IMG/VR virus record: IMGVR_UViG_3300006484_000005
Coordinates: 62,001 to 118,326 of that record
Length of the DNA stretch: 56,326 bases
From: an uncultured virus (IMG/VR IMGVR_UViG_3300006484_000005)
Taxonomy: Duplodnaviria; Heunggongvirae; Uroviricota; Caudoviricetes
Reading direction: 5' to 3' (one strand)
Shown in pieces: positions 30,693 through 40,500 of the stretch (positions within the stretch are counted from its first letter, which is position 1; each line of letters starts with the position of its first letter). The notes below the pieces were generated by a model. The model was not told the origin of the DNA. It worked only from the letters and a program-made list of their open reading frames with translations, and made no database searches. Both the position numbers and the translations under genes were made by a program.

Positions 30693-33600
30693 TTATACAA
30701 TTCTGATTAGTATAAAGTTTCCGTTTCGATATAATCCACCTAATGGAACTCCTCCTGATGCTGCTGCTGTATCATCGGCAAAATTTAAACTTTGTGATAC
30801 TTGGCTCAATACTAAATATGAGTTTTCTATCGGATTTAAATAAGATGCAGTTGAAGCATATGAAGCACTTACAGCATTTAATACATAACTTGCTGTTTGT
30901 GCTGTTTGAACATATGATGCAGTAGCAGCATTAGTAATAGATCCTGACCAATATGAAGCACTTAATGCTTGTGTTGCATAACTAGCAGTACCTTGTAGTG
31001 ATCCTGTAATACCTTGAGTTACTACTAATGATCCAGTAATTAATACACTTCCATTTACATCTAATACAGCATTAGGATTTGTAGATTTTCCTATACTTGC
31101 TGAATTATATATACGAGCAGCATTAGCAGATACTTGAAATCCATTAGCTGCGTCTAGAGTTGAATTTACAGTTACAGGACTACCAAATGTTGTGGAGCCA
31201 TTAAATAAATTACTATCAGTTCCTGATTGATTATATCCTCCTCTTACTCTTACACTTCCTGTAATTTCTGTAGATCCAGTCACTAAAACAGATCCAGTAA
31301 ATTGATGTGTGTTTGTTGTTGTTGATCCATTACGAGTTGATCCAGTATTAAATTCTATACTAGAAGTAATCGTTTGTACATTTATTGTTTGAGCAGTTAA
31401 AGTACCTGCTACTGTAAAGTTATTTGCATATGATGATGTAGCAGCATACGATGAAGAAACAGCTACTGATGCTGTACCTTGTAATGAAGCAGTAACACCA
31501 CCTAATACATTTAATTTTTCTGTTACAGTTAATGATCCTGTTAATTCATGTGCATTACTCGGAGCCAATAATAACTTCATATGAGTATCTACATCAGGAC
31601 CACCTGCAAAGAAACCTACGTACTGATTTGAAGCATTACCAATGTGTAAATGGTTACCTGTTGAGTACAGATATGCATCATTTGCATCACCAATAGATCC
31701 GGTAAATCCTTCACTATTGATACCCATATCAATGTAATTAACTGATTCATTACCATTATTTGCAGTTGCAACTACATCTGATGATGCGTTTTCGCCTGTA
31801 TTGGTATTCTGAATGTTTAATTGTAAATAGTTATTTAGATTACCTTTACCTGATATTACGTTATATGATGTAGTTGATGGTTGGTATACATATAATGCTT
31901 CAGGAGCAGCAGTAGTAATATTATCTTGATTAATTACTATACTAAAACTTCCACTTCCATTATCTAATTGTCGTACAATACTATCAGCTAGTACTTGTGA
32001 TGAACTAAAGAATGGAATATGGCCTACAATACTATTTTGTAAGTTATACAATGAGCCTGAGAATGAACCTGTTACACGTCCATTAAATGAACCAGTAAAT
32101 GATCCTGTACTATATACTCCACTAAATGATTCTAAAGCAGTTAAACGTGTTGATGCACTACCTGATGTAGTTGTATAATCACTTCCATTTACTGCTAATG
32201 ATCCAGTTATACCAACTGAACCTGTAAATTCATGGGTATTAGTTAATAATGATCCATTTTTAGTACTACCAGTAACAAAATCAATTGATGATGTAATTGT
32301 TTGAGCTACTATGGTTTGAGCAGTTAATGTACCTCTTACTGTAAAGTCATCAGCAGATGATGCAGTTGCAGAATATGATGCTGATATTGCGTATGATGCT
32401 GTATTTGCTAATGATGCAGTTCCATTAGATATACCAGCAACAAATGATGCAGTCGCAGCATATGATGCGCTTACAGCTTGTAATACGTAAGAAGCAGTAG
32501 CTGCATTTATGATACTACCACTCCAATATGAAGCGCTAGTAGCAAATGATGAACTTAAAGCATTAATTGCGTAACTTGAAGTCCCAAATAATGAACCTGT
32601 TATTCCATTAGTTACATTTAAAGAACCTGTTACTGTTAATCCATTAGTAAATCTACCTGATCCACTTACATCTAATCTAAATCCATTATCTACATATGTC
32701 CCAGCATCTTGAATAGTTACATTACCATTTGACCAAAATCTAGCTGATTCAACATTGTAGGTTGGCATAATAGAAATATACTTACTACCATCTGTAGTAA
32801 TTTTTCCAAATGTTGTACCTGCTCCAAGTAGTAAATCTTGGAATGTAAAACTTCTACCAGCAGCATATATGTCGCCAGTCATAGTACCTCCTGCTAATGG
32901 CAAATAATTAGGAGCACTTTCAGCATAAGAAGCAGACAATGCTCGAGTAGCATAAGATGCAGTACCAAATAAAGAACCAGTAAATGAGCCTGTAAATGAG
33001 CCCGTACTAAATGAACTAGTAAATGAGCCTAAACTAGAACTTATGTTATTTATTCTGTAATCAAATGATGAACTTTCACTTACATAACTTCCTGAGAATG
33101 AGGCAAACGAAGAACTATTAGTTGCAATTCTAGAAGCAAATGATGAAGATTCGTTTACATAACTTCCTGAAAAATTGGTAAATGAAGCACTATCAGCTGC
33201 TATTTTAGCAGCAAATGAAGATGATTCAGTTACATAACTGCCTGAAAATGAAGCAAGTGATGAGCTATTTGTAGTGATTCGACTGGCAAATGAAGATGAT
33301 TCAGTTACATAACTTCCGGAGAACGAAGATAATGATGCACTATTTGTAGCAATCCTAGAAGCAAATGAAGATGATTCAGTTACATAGCTGCCAGAGAATG
33401 AGGCAAACGAAGAACTATTTGTAGTAACTCTTGAAGCAAATGAACTACTTTCACTTACATAACTGCTTGAGAATGAGGACAGTGATGAGCTATTGGTAGT
33501 AATTCGGCTTGCAAACGATGCGCTTTCATTTATATAGCTTCCTGAATAATTAGCAAATGAAGAACTATCAGTTGTTATTCTAGAAGCAAACGATGATGAG

Positions 33601-35576
33601 TCAGTTATATAATTTCTACCATTTACTTCTAATGAACCTGTTACATTGATAGATCCTGTAAATTGGTGAGTGTTTGAAAGTAATGAACCAAATTGAGTAG
33701 ATCCAGTTATGTATTCTGTAGAAGAAGTAATAGTCTGGGCTACAATTGTTTGTGCAGTTAATGTTCCTCTTACTGTAAAATTATCAGCAGATGAAGCGGT
33801 AGCAGCATTAGAAGCTGTTAATGCTTGAGTAGCATAACTTGATGTTCCTGATATTGAACCCGTAAATGAACCGGTAAAAGAACCAGTCATAAATGATCCA
33901 CTGAATGAATTAAAGCTAGCTGATAGAGTAGATATACTAGCACTATTAGTTGTTATTCTAGAAGCAAACGATGAACTTTCGCTTACATAACTTCCTGAAA
34001 AATTAGCAAATGAGGAACTGTTTGTAGTAATTCTACCAGTAAACGAAGATGATTCGTTTACATAGCTTCCTGAAAAGCCAGCAAATGATGAACTATTAAC
34101 TCTTATCCTATCAGCAAATGATGAAGATTCACTTACATAACTTCCAGAAAAATTAGCAAATGAAGAGCTGTTAGTTGTAACTCTACCAGCAAATGATGAT
34201 GATTCGCTTATGTAACTTCCAGAAAATGAAGCAAATGAGGAACTGTTTGTAGTAACTCTACCAGCAAATGATGATGATTCGTTTATGTAACTTCCAGAAA
34301 ATGAAACAAATGATGAACTATTAGTTGTAATTCTACCCGCAAGTGAGGAACTTTCGTTAATGTAACTTCCAGAAAAATTAGCAAATGAGGAACTGTTTGT
34401 AGTAACTCTACCAGCAAATGATGAACTTTCACTTATATAACTTCCTGAAAATGAAGCAAGTGATGAGCTATTTGTAGTAATTCGTGATTCAAATGATGAT
34501 GAATCGTTTATGTAATTTCTACCATTTACTTCTAGTGAACCTGTTATACCAACACTTCCTGTAAATTGGTGGGTATTTGAAAGTAATGATCCATTTTTAG
34601 TTGAACCTGTAATAAATTCAGTTGATGATGTTATAGTTTGTGCAACTATAGTTTGAGCAGTTAATGTACCAGCTACTGTAAAATTATCAGCATATGAAGA
34701 GGTTGCAGCATACGATGAAGAAACAGCTACTGATGCTGTACCTTGCAATGATCCTGTAAATGATTGAGCTATAACACTACCACTAACATCCAAACTACCA
34801 GTCATTTGATGAAGGTTATTTGGATTTAATTGTAATTTTCTATTAGCGTTATTGTCAATACCACCAGCAAAGAATTGTATTGGGTAATTTGAGGCATTAC
34901 CAATATGTAAATCGTTACCTGTAGAGTATAGATAAGCATCATTAGCATCACCTACTGAACCAGTAAATGTGCTGCTATTAATACCCATATCAATATAATT
35001 CATTAATTCGGTACCATTATCTGCAGTAGCAACTACATCAGAAGAAGAATTAGAACCTGAAAGTAAATTTTGTATATTAAATTGGGAATAATTATCAATA
35101 TACGAGGTAGCTTTTATTAAATTATATAATGAAGTATAACCAGCTTCAATTAATACTTTTTCATTTGCTATTGAATTAGGAGGAAATGAACTTAAAATAA
35201 AACTACCTGATTTAGTAAATGTAGCTACTCTAGAACCACTAATATAAATTGATAAATCATGATTAGATAATGTACCTAATATTCTATTTGAATCACCCCC
35301 AGTAAAAGTATTACCTCCGATTGCCCAAGCATTATCAGCATAAGAAGCAGTACCAAATAAACTACCAGTTATACCTTGAACAACTGTAAGAGAACCAGAA
35401 ATTGTTTGATTTCCTGTAAATGTATTGGAACCACTAATAGCAGCACTACCTGTAATAAAATCATTTTTATTTACAGCATCCCATAATCTAGTAGAACCAT
35501 TAAATACAGGTACATATCCATCTTGTGGAGTGGATATTTTAATTTCTACGGGTCTTCTTCCTACTATTTTCGACAT
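30693..35576 (-). CDS. Long Ser-rich repetitive tail fibre-like protein
   Basis: 1627 aa; four copies of the shared module, two blocks of 25-aa repeats and an internally duplicated domain. Confidence 0.7.
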   Translation of the reverse strand: MSKIVGRRPVEIKISTPQDGYVPVFNGSTRLWDAVNKNDFITGSAAISGSNTFTGNQTISGSLTVVQGITGSLFGTASYADNAWAIGGNTFTGGDSNRILGTLSNHDLSIYISGSRVATFTKSGSFILSSFPPNSIANEKVLIEAGYTSLYNLIKATSYIDNYSQFNIQNLLSGSNSSSDVVATADNGTELMNYIDMGINSSTFTGSVGDANDAYLYSTGNDLHIGNASNYPIQFFAGGIDNNANRKLQLNPNNLHQMTGSLDVSGSVIAQSFTGSLQGTASVAVSSSYAATSSYADNFTVAGTLTAQTIVAQTITSSTEFITGSTKNGSLLSNTHQFTGSVGITGSLEVNGRNYINDSSSFESRITTNSSSLASFSGSYISESSSFAGRVTTNSSSFANFSGSYINESSSLAGRITTNSSSFVSFSGSYINESSSFAGRVTTNSSSFASFSGSYISESSSFAGRVTTNSSSFANFSGSYVSESSSFADRIRVNSSSFAGFSGSYVNESSSFTGRITTNSSSFANFSGSYVSESSSFASRITTNSASISTLSASFNSFSGSFMTGSFTGSFTGSISGTSSYATQALTASNAATASSADNFTVRGTLTAQTIVAQTITSSTEYITGSTQFGSLLSNTHQFTGSINVTGSLEVNGRNYITDSSSFASRITTDSSSFANYSGSYINESASFASRITTNSSSLSSFSSSYVSESSSFASRVTTNSSSFASFSGSYVTESSSFASRIATNSASLSSFSGSYVTESSSFASRITTNSSSLASFSGSYVTESSSFAAKIAADSASFTNFSGSYVNESSSFASRIATNSSSFASFSGSYVSESSSFDYRINNISSSLGSFTSSFSTGSFTGSFTGSLFGTASYATRALSASYAESAPNYLPLAGGTMTGDIYAAGRSFTFQDLLLGAGTTFGKITTDGSKYISIMPTYNVESARFWSNGNVTIQDAGTYVDNGFRLDVSGSGRFTNGLTVTGSLNVTNGITGSLFGTSSYAINALSSSFATSASYWSGSIINAATASYVLQAVSASYAATASFVAGISNGTASLANTASYAISASYSATASSADDFTVRGTLTAQTIVAQTITSSIDFVTGSTKNGSLLTNTHEFTGSVGITGSLAVNGSDYTTTSGSASTRLTALESFSGVYSTGSFTGSFNGRVTGSFSGSLYNLQNSIVGHIPFFSSSQVLADSIVRQLDNGSGSFSIVINQDNITTAAPEALYVYQPSTTSYNVISGKGNLNNYLQLNIQNTNTGENASSDVVATANNGNESVNYIDMGINSEGFTGSIGDANDAYLYSTGNHLHIGNASNQYVGFFAGGPDVDTHMKLLLAPSNAHELTGSLTVTEKLNVLGGVTASLQGTASVAVSSSYAATSSYANNFTVAGTLTAQTINVQTITSSIEFNTGSTRNGSTTTNTHQFTGSVLVTGSTEITGSVRVRGGYNQSGTDSNLFNGSTTFGSPVTVNSTLDAANGFQVSANAARIYNSASIGKSTNPNAVLDVNGSVLITGSLVVTQGITGSLQGTASYATQALSASYWSGSITNAATASYVQTAQTASYVLNAVSASYASTASYLNPIENSYLVLSQVSQSLNFADDTAAASGGVPLGGLYRNGNFILIRIV
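33015..33612 (-). repeat. Tandem 75-bp (25-aa) repeat, block 2, about 8 units
   Basis: Consensus YVxESSSFASRITTNSSSFASFSGS. Confidence 0.85.
33915..34514 (-). repeat. Tandem 75-bp (25-aa) repeat, block 1, about 8 units
   Basis: Consensus YIxESSSFAGRVTTNSSSFANFSGS. Confidence 0.85.
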
Positions 35577-35585
35577 TGTTTACTC

Positions 35586-35927
35586 TTAGTTAATTGCGTT
35601 TTCAAGAACAGATAATACTACATCTAAGCTACCGCTAACAGATGTTTTAATAACAAATGCATCATTTTTTTCTAATACAATCTTACCAGCTAGTGGATTT
35701 AATGATTCATATATAGGAATTACACCATTTCTTAATAAAGTTATTTGTGAAGCTGATCCACTTTTTTGAATTGCTACATCGCAATACTGAATTGATGATG
35801 TATTAACGTTAGTAATCTGACAAGATAATATAATAGTTGCTACGTCTATATTTTCTTGGTATATAGTATTACTACCAGAAGCTAAAGTAGTGGTTAATAA
35901 TCGGAATTTATTTAAAGGTAATGCCAT
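35586..35927 (-). CDS. Small virion structural protein, fibre associated
   Basis: 113-aa beta-rich ORF (GKIVLEKND...LDVVLSVLE) between fibre genes. Confidence 0.55.
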   Translation of the reverse strand: MALPLNKFRLLTTTLASGSNTIYQENIDVATIILSCQITNVNTSSIQYCDVAIQKSGSASQITLLRNGVIPIYESLNPLAGKIVLEKNDAFVIKTSVSGSLDVVLSVLENAIN

Positions 35928-35931
35928 ATCT

Positions 35932-38124
35932 TTATGAGTAAGTTTCTAATGCTAAATTTATTGGAGTTATTTGTGCTGTGATTGCTTTAGTAAATGTTCT
36001 ACCTTCAATCGTTCCTGTTGCTTGTCTGATGATGAAATCATTACCAGCATAAAAGTCACCTGTTTCGTCACCCGATGTATGGAATACTCTACCTCCAGTT
36101 TCTTCAAATATTCTTAATGCTACGTTTGTTTCACCAACACCGCCTTGGTTTATTGGTAGTGCTAAAAAGTTAACACCAGCACCAGCATATGAAAAGTCAT
36201 GTGATGTTGATGTGATTAATGAACCAAATTCTTGTAGATATTGGGCTCCAGCTCCGTTTACAACTACTTGAGTAATTGTACTAATTAATACATCAAATAA
36301 TTGTCCTACTTTATTTTTAGCAGGAGTAGTCATTGTTGAAAAATTACCTGATGGGTCGGTTACAATATATTCTTTCATATATTGCCATGCTAAAATAAAA
36401 TCACCAGTTAATGATCCACTTGCATTTGATACGTTTTGTGGTATAATCGATATTGCACCTTCTGTAAAAGAAGAGCCTGATGCTATTGGTAATGTAAAAA
36501 CACTACCTGATGATGTATCTTGTCCTTTAAATAGACCTGAGATAAATTGTGATGTGCGAGCAGCTCCTGGGGCTAATAAATCATCAGCAATGGCATCAAT
36601 TAATAATCCACTATCTTTAATTGTTGATGAATATTGAGAACCACTTCCACTTACATATGTTGATGCAAAACTACCAGATTGTACTAGTTTATTTATCATA
36701 TATGTTTGAATGTTTGTTTTATTAGCACTTACTAATAATGAACCAGAAGTAGATATTGAAGCACTTACAGCACTTATATCTGGTTTGACTAGCATTCTTA
36801 GTCCTTTAGCTCTTAATCCAAAGTCGCCAAATGTAGTATTTGAGTTTAGTAATGATGCGTGTCCACCTTCAATACAATAAGTACCTACACGTGAAAAGTT
36901 AGTAAAAAACGATACTAATTGAGCATATCCTCTACCTCTAACACATATACCAATTCCGTTAAATGCTACCTGTGTGTATGCATCCACAATCATTGATTTA
37001 AGTGGAGAATATCCATCTAAAACTGAATCGTCTACTATCATACCACCTGGACCGTTTCCAATTAATGGATTAGCTGAACCTGAATTTAATGGTGTATAAA
37101 ATTTATCTGCTGGTGTTGAAATAGCAGAACAGTTTTGGACATAAGGTGAAGTAACGATTGATGCACTTGGAGCAAATGCAAAGAAGAAACCATTTCTTGG
37201 ATCTTCTAAATCATCAATTCTACATCCTTCTAAACGTAATCCATAACAATAAGTTCCATTATTCATTAAGAATAAATTCGAACCTGATGTCGCTGTTGTT
37301 GGAGATACTACTACTGATCTTAAATCATCACCTAATATAGATACGTTTGGTGGAACTGTAATAGGTGCTTCTTCTGTATAATATCCACTTTTAACTTGAA
37401 TACTTTGTCGGTATGCTGGAAGTCCTGGATTAGCAGCTCTTGAAGCAGATGCTGCAATTGCAGCTGCTTTTATAGTTCTAAATGGAGATGATAATGTCTT
37501 ACCATCATTTGTATCTAATCCGTCTTCGGCTACATAGAATACTTTTTCAACTACACCAATATCTGTTATTCCAGCACCCGAACCACTTAAATTAGTTGCT
37601 ATTAAAGTACCACCTACAGTAAATGAACCAGTAGCAAATATTGAACCGGTAAATTGATGTGTATTTGATAATTGAGAACCAAATCTAGTAGAACCAGTAA
37701 TAAATTCTGTTGAAGAAGTTATTGTTTGGACAACAATGGTTTGAGCGGTTAAGGTACCGCGTACTGTAAAATTATCAGCAGATGAAGCAGTTGCAGCGAA
37801 TGAAGAGGAAACAGCGTTTGACGAAGTTCCAGCGGACATTCCTGGTACTGATGACGCTGAAAGGGCGAATGATGCTGTTAAAGCATATGACGCAGAAATA
37901 GCGTTTGATGCTGATACTGCAAATGAAGCAGAAGTAGCAAAAGATGCAGATGCTGCTAAAGAAGCGGTTTCTCCGACAGCAACTATAGCTGCTGTTCCAT
38001 TATCTAGTTTTAAATATAGTTTACCGTCGTATGTGTTTAATGCGATTTCACCTAATTCTAGTTGTTCTACACTAGGTATACGACCAGGTACAGCACTTCT
38101 TTTAAGCCTGATATTTTGAGACAT
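35932..38124 (-). CDS. Fibre/spike protein with a putative beta-helix (pectin-lyase-like) domain
   Basis: N-terminal IRLKRS..PG..P....LGEIALNT.DGKLY fibre-attachment motif; FYVA.DG.D.NDG...PFRTIKAA and GDDLRSV..P beta-helix entry motifs. Confidence 0.65.
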   Translation of the reverse strand: MSQNIRLKRSAVPGRIPSVEQLELGEIALNTYDGKLYLKLDNGTAAIVAVGETASLAASASFATSASFAVSASNAISASYALTASFALSASSVPGMSAGTSSNAVSSSFAATASSADNFTVRGTLTAQTIVVQTITSSTEFITGSTRFGSQLSNTHQFTGSIFATGSFTVGGTLIATNLSGSGAGITDIGVVEKVFYVAEDGLDTNDGKTLSSPFRTIKAAAIAASASRAANPGLPAYRQSIQVKSGYYTEEAPITVPPNVSILGDDLRSVVVSPTTATSGSNLFLMNNGTYCYGLRLEGCRIDDLEDPRNGFFFAFAPSASIVTSPYVQNCSAISTPADKFYTPLNSGSANPLIGNGPGGMIVDDSVLDGYSPLKSMIVDAYTQVAFNGIGICVRGRGYAQLVSFFTNFSRVGTYCIEGGHASLLNSNTTFGDFGLRAKGLRMLVKPDISAVSASISTSGSLLVSANKTNIQTYMINKLVQSGSFASTYVSGSGSQYSSTIKDSGLLIDAIADDLLAPGAARTSQFISGLFKGQDTSSGSVFTLPIASGSSFTEGAISIIPQNVSNASGSLTGDFILAWQYMKEYIVTDPSGNFSTMTTPAKNKVGQLFDVLISTITQVVVNGAGAQYLQEFGSLITSTSHDFSYAGAGVNFLALPINQGGVGETNVALRIFEETGGRVFHTSGDETGDFYAGNDFIIRQATGTIEGRTFTKAITAQITPINLALETYS

Positions 38125-38173
38125 TTGCTAATTTTTACAGTATATACTTCAAGACACCTATATAAGGGCTGTG

Positions 38174-38182
38174 TATAAATAT
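38174..38182 (-). promoter_or_regulatory. Putative late promoter motif ATATTTATA heading the fibre operon
   Basis: Exact motif, intergenic. Confidence 0.6.
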
Positions 38183-38203
38183 CGGTAAAAATAGAAATAT
38201 TAA

Positions 38204-38437
38204 TTAGAAAGTTCCACCATCTAATCCACCAGTAACAGTAAGTGAACTACTTGCTACATTTAATGAATCTACATCAAATATTGAACCAGAAATAGATAAA
38301 GCAGGAATGCTTGGATTAACTTGTCGCACTACAGCAGAACCAGTTATTATTAAACTACCAGACATTAATAACCGCAATGGATCATTTGGATCTAATCTAA
38401 GTGGAGATAATATTTGGTCTAATGTAATTAAAGGCAT
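38204..38437 (-). CDS. Small hypothetical virion protein
   Basis: 77 aa, SGS/TGS-rich, ending DGGTF. Confidence 0.5.
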   Translation of the reverse strand: MPLITLDQILSPLRLDPNDPLRLLMSGSLIITGSAVVRQVNPSIPALSISGSIFDVDSLNVASSSLTVTGGLDGGTF

Positions 38438-38438
38438 G

Positions 38439-39680
38439 TTATTGGAATTTACCTATTGCGGTTACTTCTTTATCAGTTAAATAATATCCTAAACCATTCT
38501 CATCGATTGTCAATGTACAAGTATTATTTCCATTATCAACAAATGAAGTTATATAATCATGTGGAAGAAAAACACCATTAACATAAAATATAAAATTCAT
38601 TTTTGTTGTTTGAGGCAATGATGAATTTATAGGTATAGATAATATAGATGCTGGAGAAAAAACTGCAGTTGTTTGAGTTACTGTAGCTGCTTTTTTAGCT
38701 ATTATAGTACCTAAATAAATAAGATCTTTAGCATCTGCTCCTTGAATGGTTATATTACTTCCTCCCTCAAATATAGTTGTTGAATTCATTGGTACTGTAG
38801 TTACTGTTTGTGCTTCGGCACCTAAAGAATTAAGATCTTCAGATGTTGTCTCTACCATAAATATTAACTGAGAAGTCCCATAGTACATATCAGCATTTGC
38901 AATTTGTTTATTAATTGTATCAGGAATTATATATCCATTTAAAATAATATTAAATGTAGATTTAACTGCTCTACCATCTGCTGTTGTTACTTCTGTAACT
39001 GTTGAAAATGAATCAACTCTTGCTCTAAATTTAAAGCGAGAAAAATCTCCCCAATATGAATCGCTTGCAAAATTAATAGCTTCAATAATTGGATTAATTT
39101 GTTCTACATAATCAGTAAATATAATACACGAGTATGTTAAAGTAACATAATCAGGTATAACAGACATATATACCTCTTTAGAAGGTTGTCTATTAGTTAC
39201 TACTGAAAATCTATCATATTGGTTTTTAGCATTAAATTTTTGTTCAAATAATTGATAATGGTGAACTTTATTACCATCTAATTTATTGCCTAAAGAACGA
39301 TTTTTTTCTAATGTATCACGTCTATACATGATAAGAGGTACCATTAACTTACCACTTTTATCACGTAAACCACCATCGGATTGTACTGATTTCCAACGTT
39401 CAGGAGAACCATACATAATAGGAACAGGTAAATGTTCACCATTCTGTATTACTGTTGGTTTTATTGTATTTTCAAAGTAATATTTAATTACTTCATCGTG
39501 ATCTTTTAATGAAACAGAAAAATCTTTTTGTTTTTTACCCTTAAATGATATTTCTTTTGCTCTATTTTTTGAGAATACTGTATCACTCTGTGTTTTATTT
39601 ACAGTATTAATGTAAGGAACAAACGCTTCTTGAACGACTTGTGATTGATTTTTAGGAAGTGGTTTTAAGTCTCTAGCCAT
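38439..39680 (-). CDS. Tail completion/sheath stabiliser (T4 gp15-like) with C-terminal extension
   Basis: VPIMYGSPERW and PDYVTLTY motifs; synteny after the neck genes. Confidence 0.6.
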   Translation of the reverse strand: MARDLKPLPKNQSQVVQEAFVPYINTVNKTQSDTVFSKNRAKEISFKGKKQKDFSVSLKDHDEVIKYYFENTIKPTVIQNGEHLPVPIMYGSPERWKSVQSDGGLRDKSGKLMVPLIMYRRDTLEKNRSLGNKLDGNKVHHYQLFEQKFNAKNQYDRFSVVTNRQPSKEVYMSVIPDYVTLTYSCIIFTDYVEQINPIIEAINFASDSYWGDFSRFKFRARVDSFSTVTEVTTADGRAVKSTFNIILNGYIIPDTINKQIANADMYYGTSQLIFMVETTSEDLNSLGAEAQTVTTVPMNSTTIFEGGSNITIQGADAKDLIYLGTIIAKKAATVTQTTAVFSPASILSIPINSSLPQTTKMNFIFYVNGVFLPHDYITSFVDNGNNTCTLTIDENGLGYYLTDKEVTAIGKFQ

Positions 39681-40168
39681 TATAATCGTTCTTTAGATAT
39701 ACCCAATTTTTCAGGACGAACTATTTGAGCTGTTACAATAATAGATATACTAGAACCAAAGTCAGTAGTATCATCATATGCGTATGATGGATCTTTACCT
39801 ACTACAAATTGATTTTCGACAGTTCCCGATATTTCGTAATAATCTTCGTGCCATAATATAACATCGCCAACTTCAGGAACTAAATTAATATCCACAAGGA
39901 TATCGCGTAAAAATCGTACATTAATTTCACGTGTAAGATCAGTACCAAATTCAGTTTCAGCCCACGTTTGAGCATTACGTTCAATTAAACAATTTACTAA
40001 AATTGGATCATTATATGTTTTTATAAGTGATTCTCCATATAAATTAGAATCAGTCTTATTTAAAGCAATTTTATAATATCCAACTGATTGTTGAATAATA
40101 TTATTAATCAATTCTTTATTGATGTGACGAAATAGTGATATGTCTCTAGAACCTCCAAATAACGCCAT
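39680..40168 (-). CDS. Head closure/neck protein (T4 gp14-like)
   Basis: NLYGES and PEVGDVILW...YYEI; synteny. Confidence 0.65.
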   Translation of the reverse strand: MALFGGSRDISLFRHINKELINNIIQQSVGYYKIALNKTDSNLYGESLIKTYNDPILVNCLIERNAQTWAETEFGTDLTREINVRFLRDILVDINLVPEVGDVILWHEDYYEISGTVENQFVVGKDPSYAYDDTTDFGSSISIIVTAQIVRPEKLGISKERL

Positions 40169-40169
40169 A

Positions 40170-40499
40170 TTAGTAATTTCTGATTTTAACTAATGATTTT
40201 TCACGTGGGAAAAATTTAACTAATCCGTTAATACCTAAAGCCGCAGTTTTAATTGATTTAATAGTTTCTTCAGGTGTACCTTCGTTAATGAATTTAATTT
40301 CAAGTAGTGCATAATCGTAATTAGCATCAGATAATGATTCTAATTTATCGTTTGAAATAACTTTAATTACAACAATATCTTTAATTGCTCTAACTTGATT
40401 ATAAATTTCTGTCTGGTTTGCTTTCGATTTTTCTACTTTAATTATGGCTTGCATAAAATAAGTTTCGAATGCCTCTAAAAGTAAATCTACTAATTTCAT
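40170..40499 (-). CDS. Hypothetical protein (possible head-processed protein)
   Basis: 109 aa with N-terminal MKLVDLLLE. Confidence 0.55.
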   Translation of the reverse strand: MKLVDLLLEAFETYFMQAIIKVEKSKANQTEIYNQVRAIKDIVVIKVISNDKLESLSDANYDYALLEIKFINEGTPEETIKSIKTAALGINGLVKFFPREKSLVKIRNY

Positions 40500-40500
40500 A

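Noticed and set aside
33015..34514. 75-bp periodic repeats as a CRISPR array
   Set aside because: Degenerate tandem coding repeats without unique spacers; no cas genes
26200..37800. Dispersed fibre repeats as a diversity-generating retroelement TR/VR pair
   Set aside because: All copies are in-frame coding modules, differences are not confined to adenines by eye, and there is no reverse transcriptase in the window
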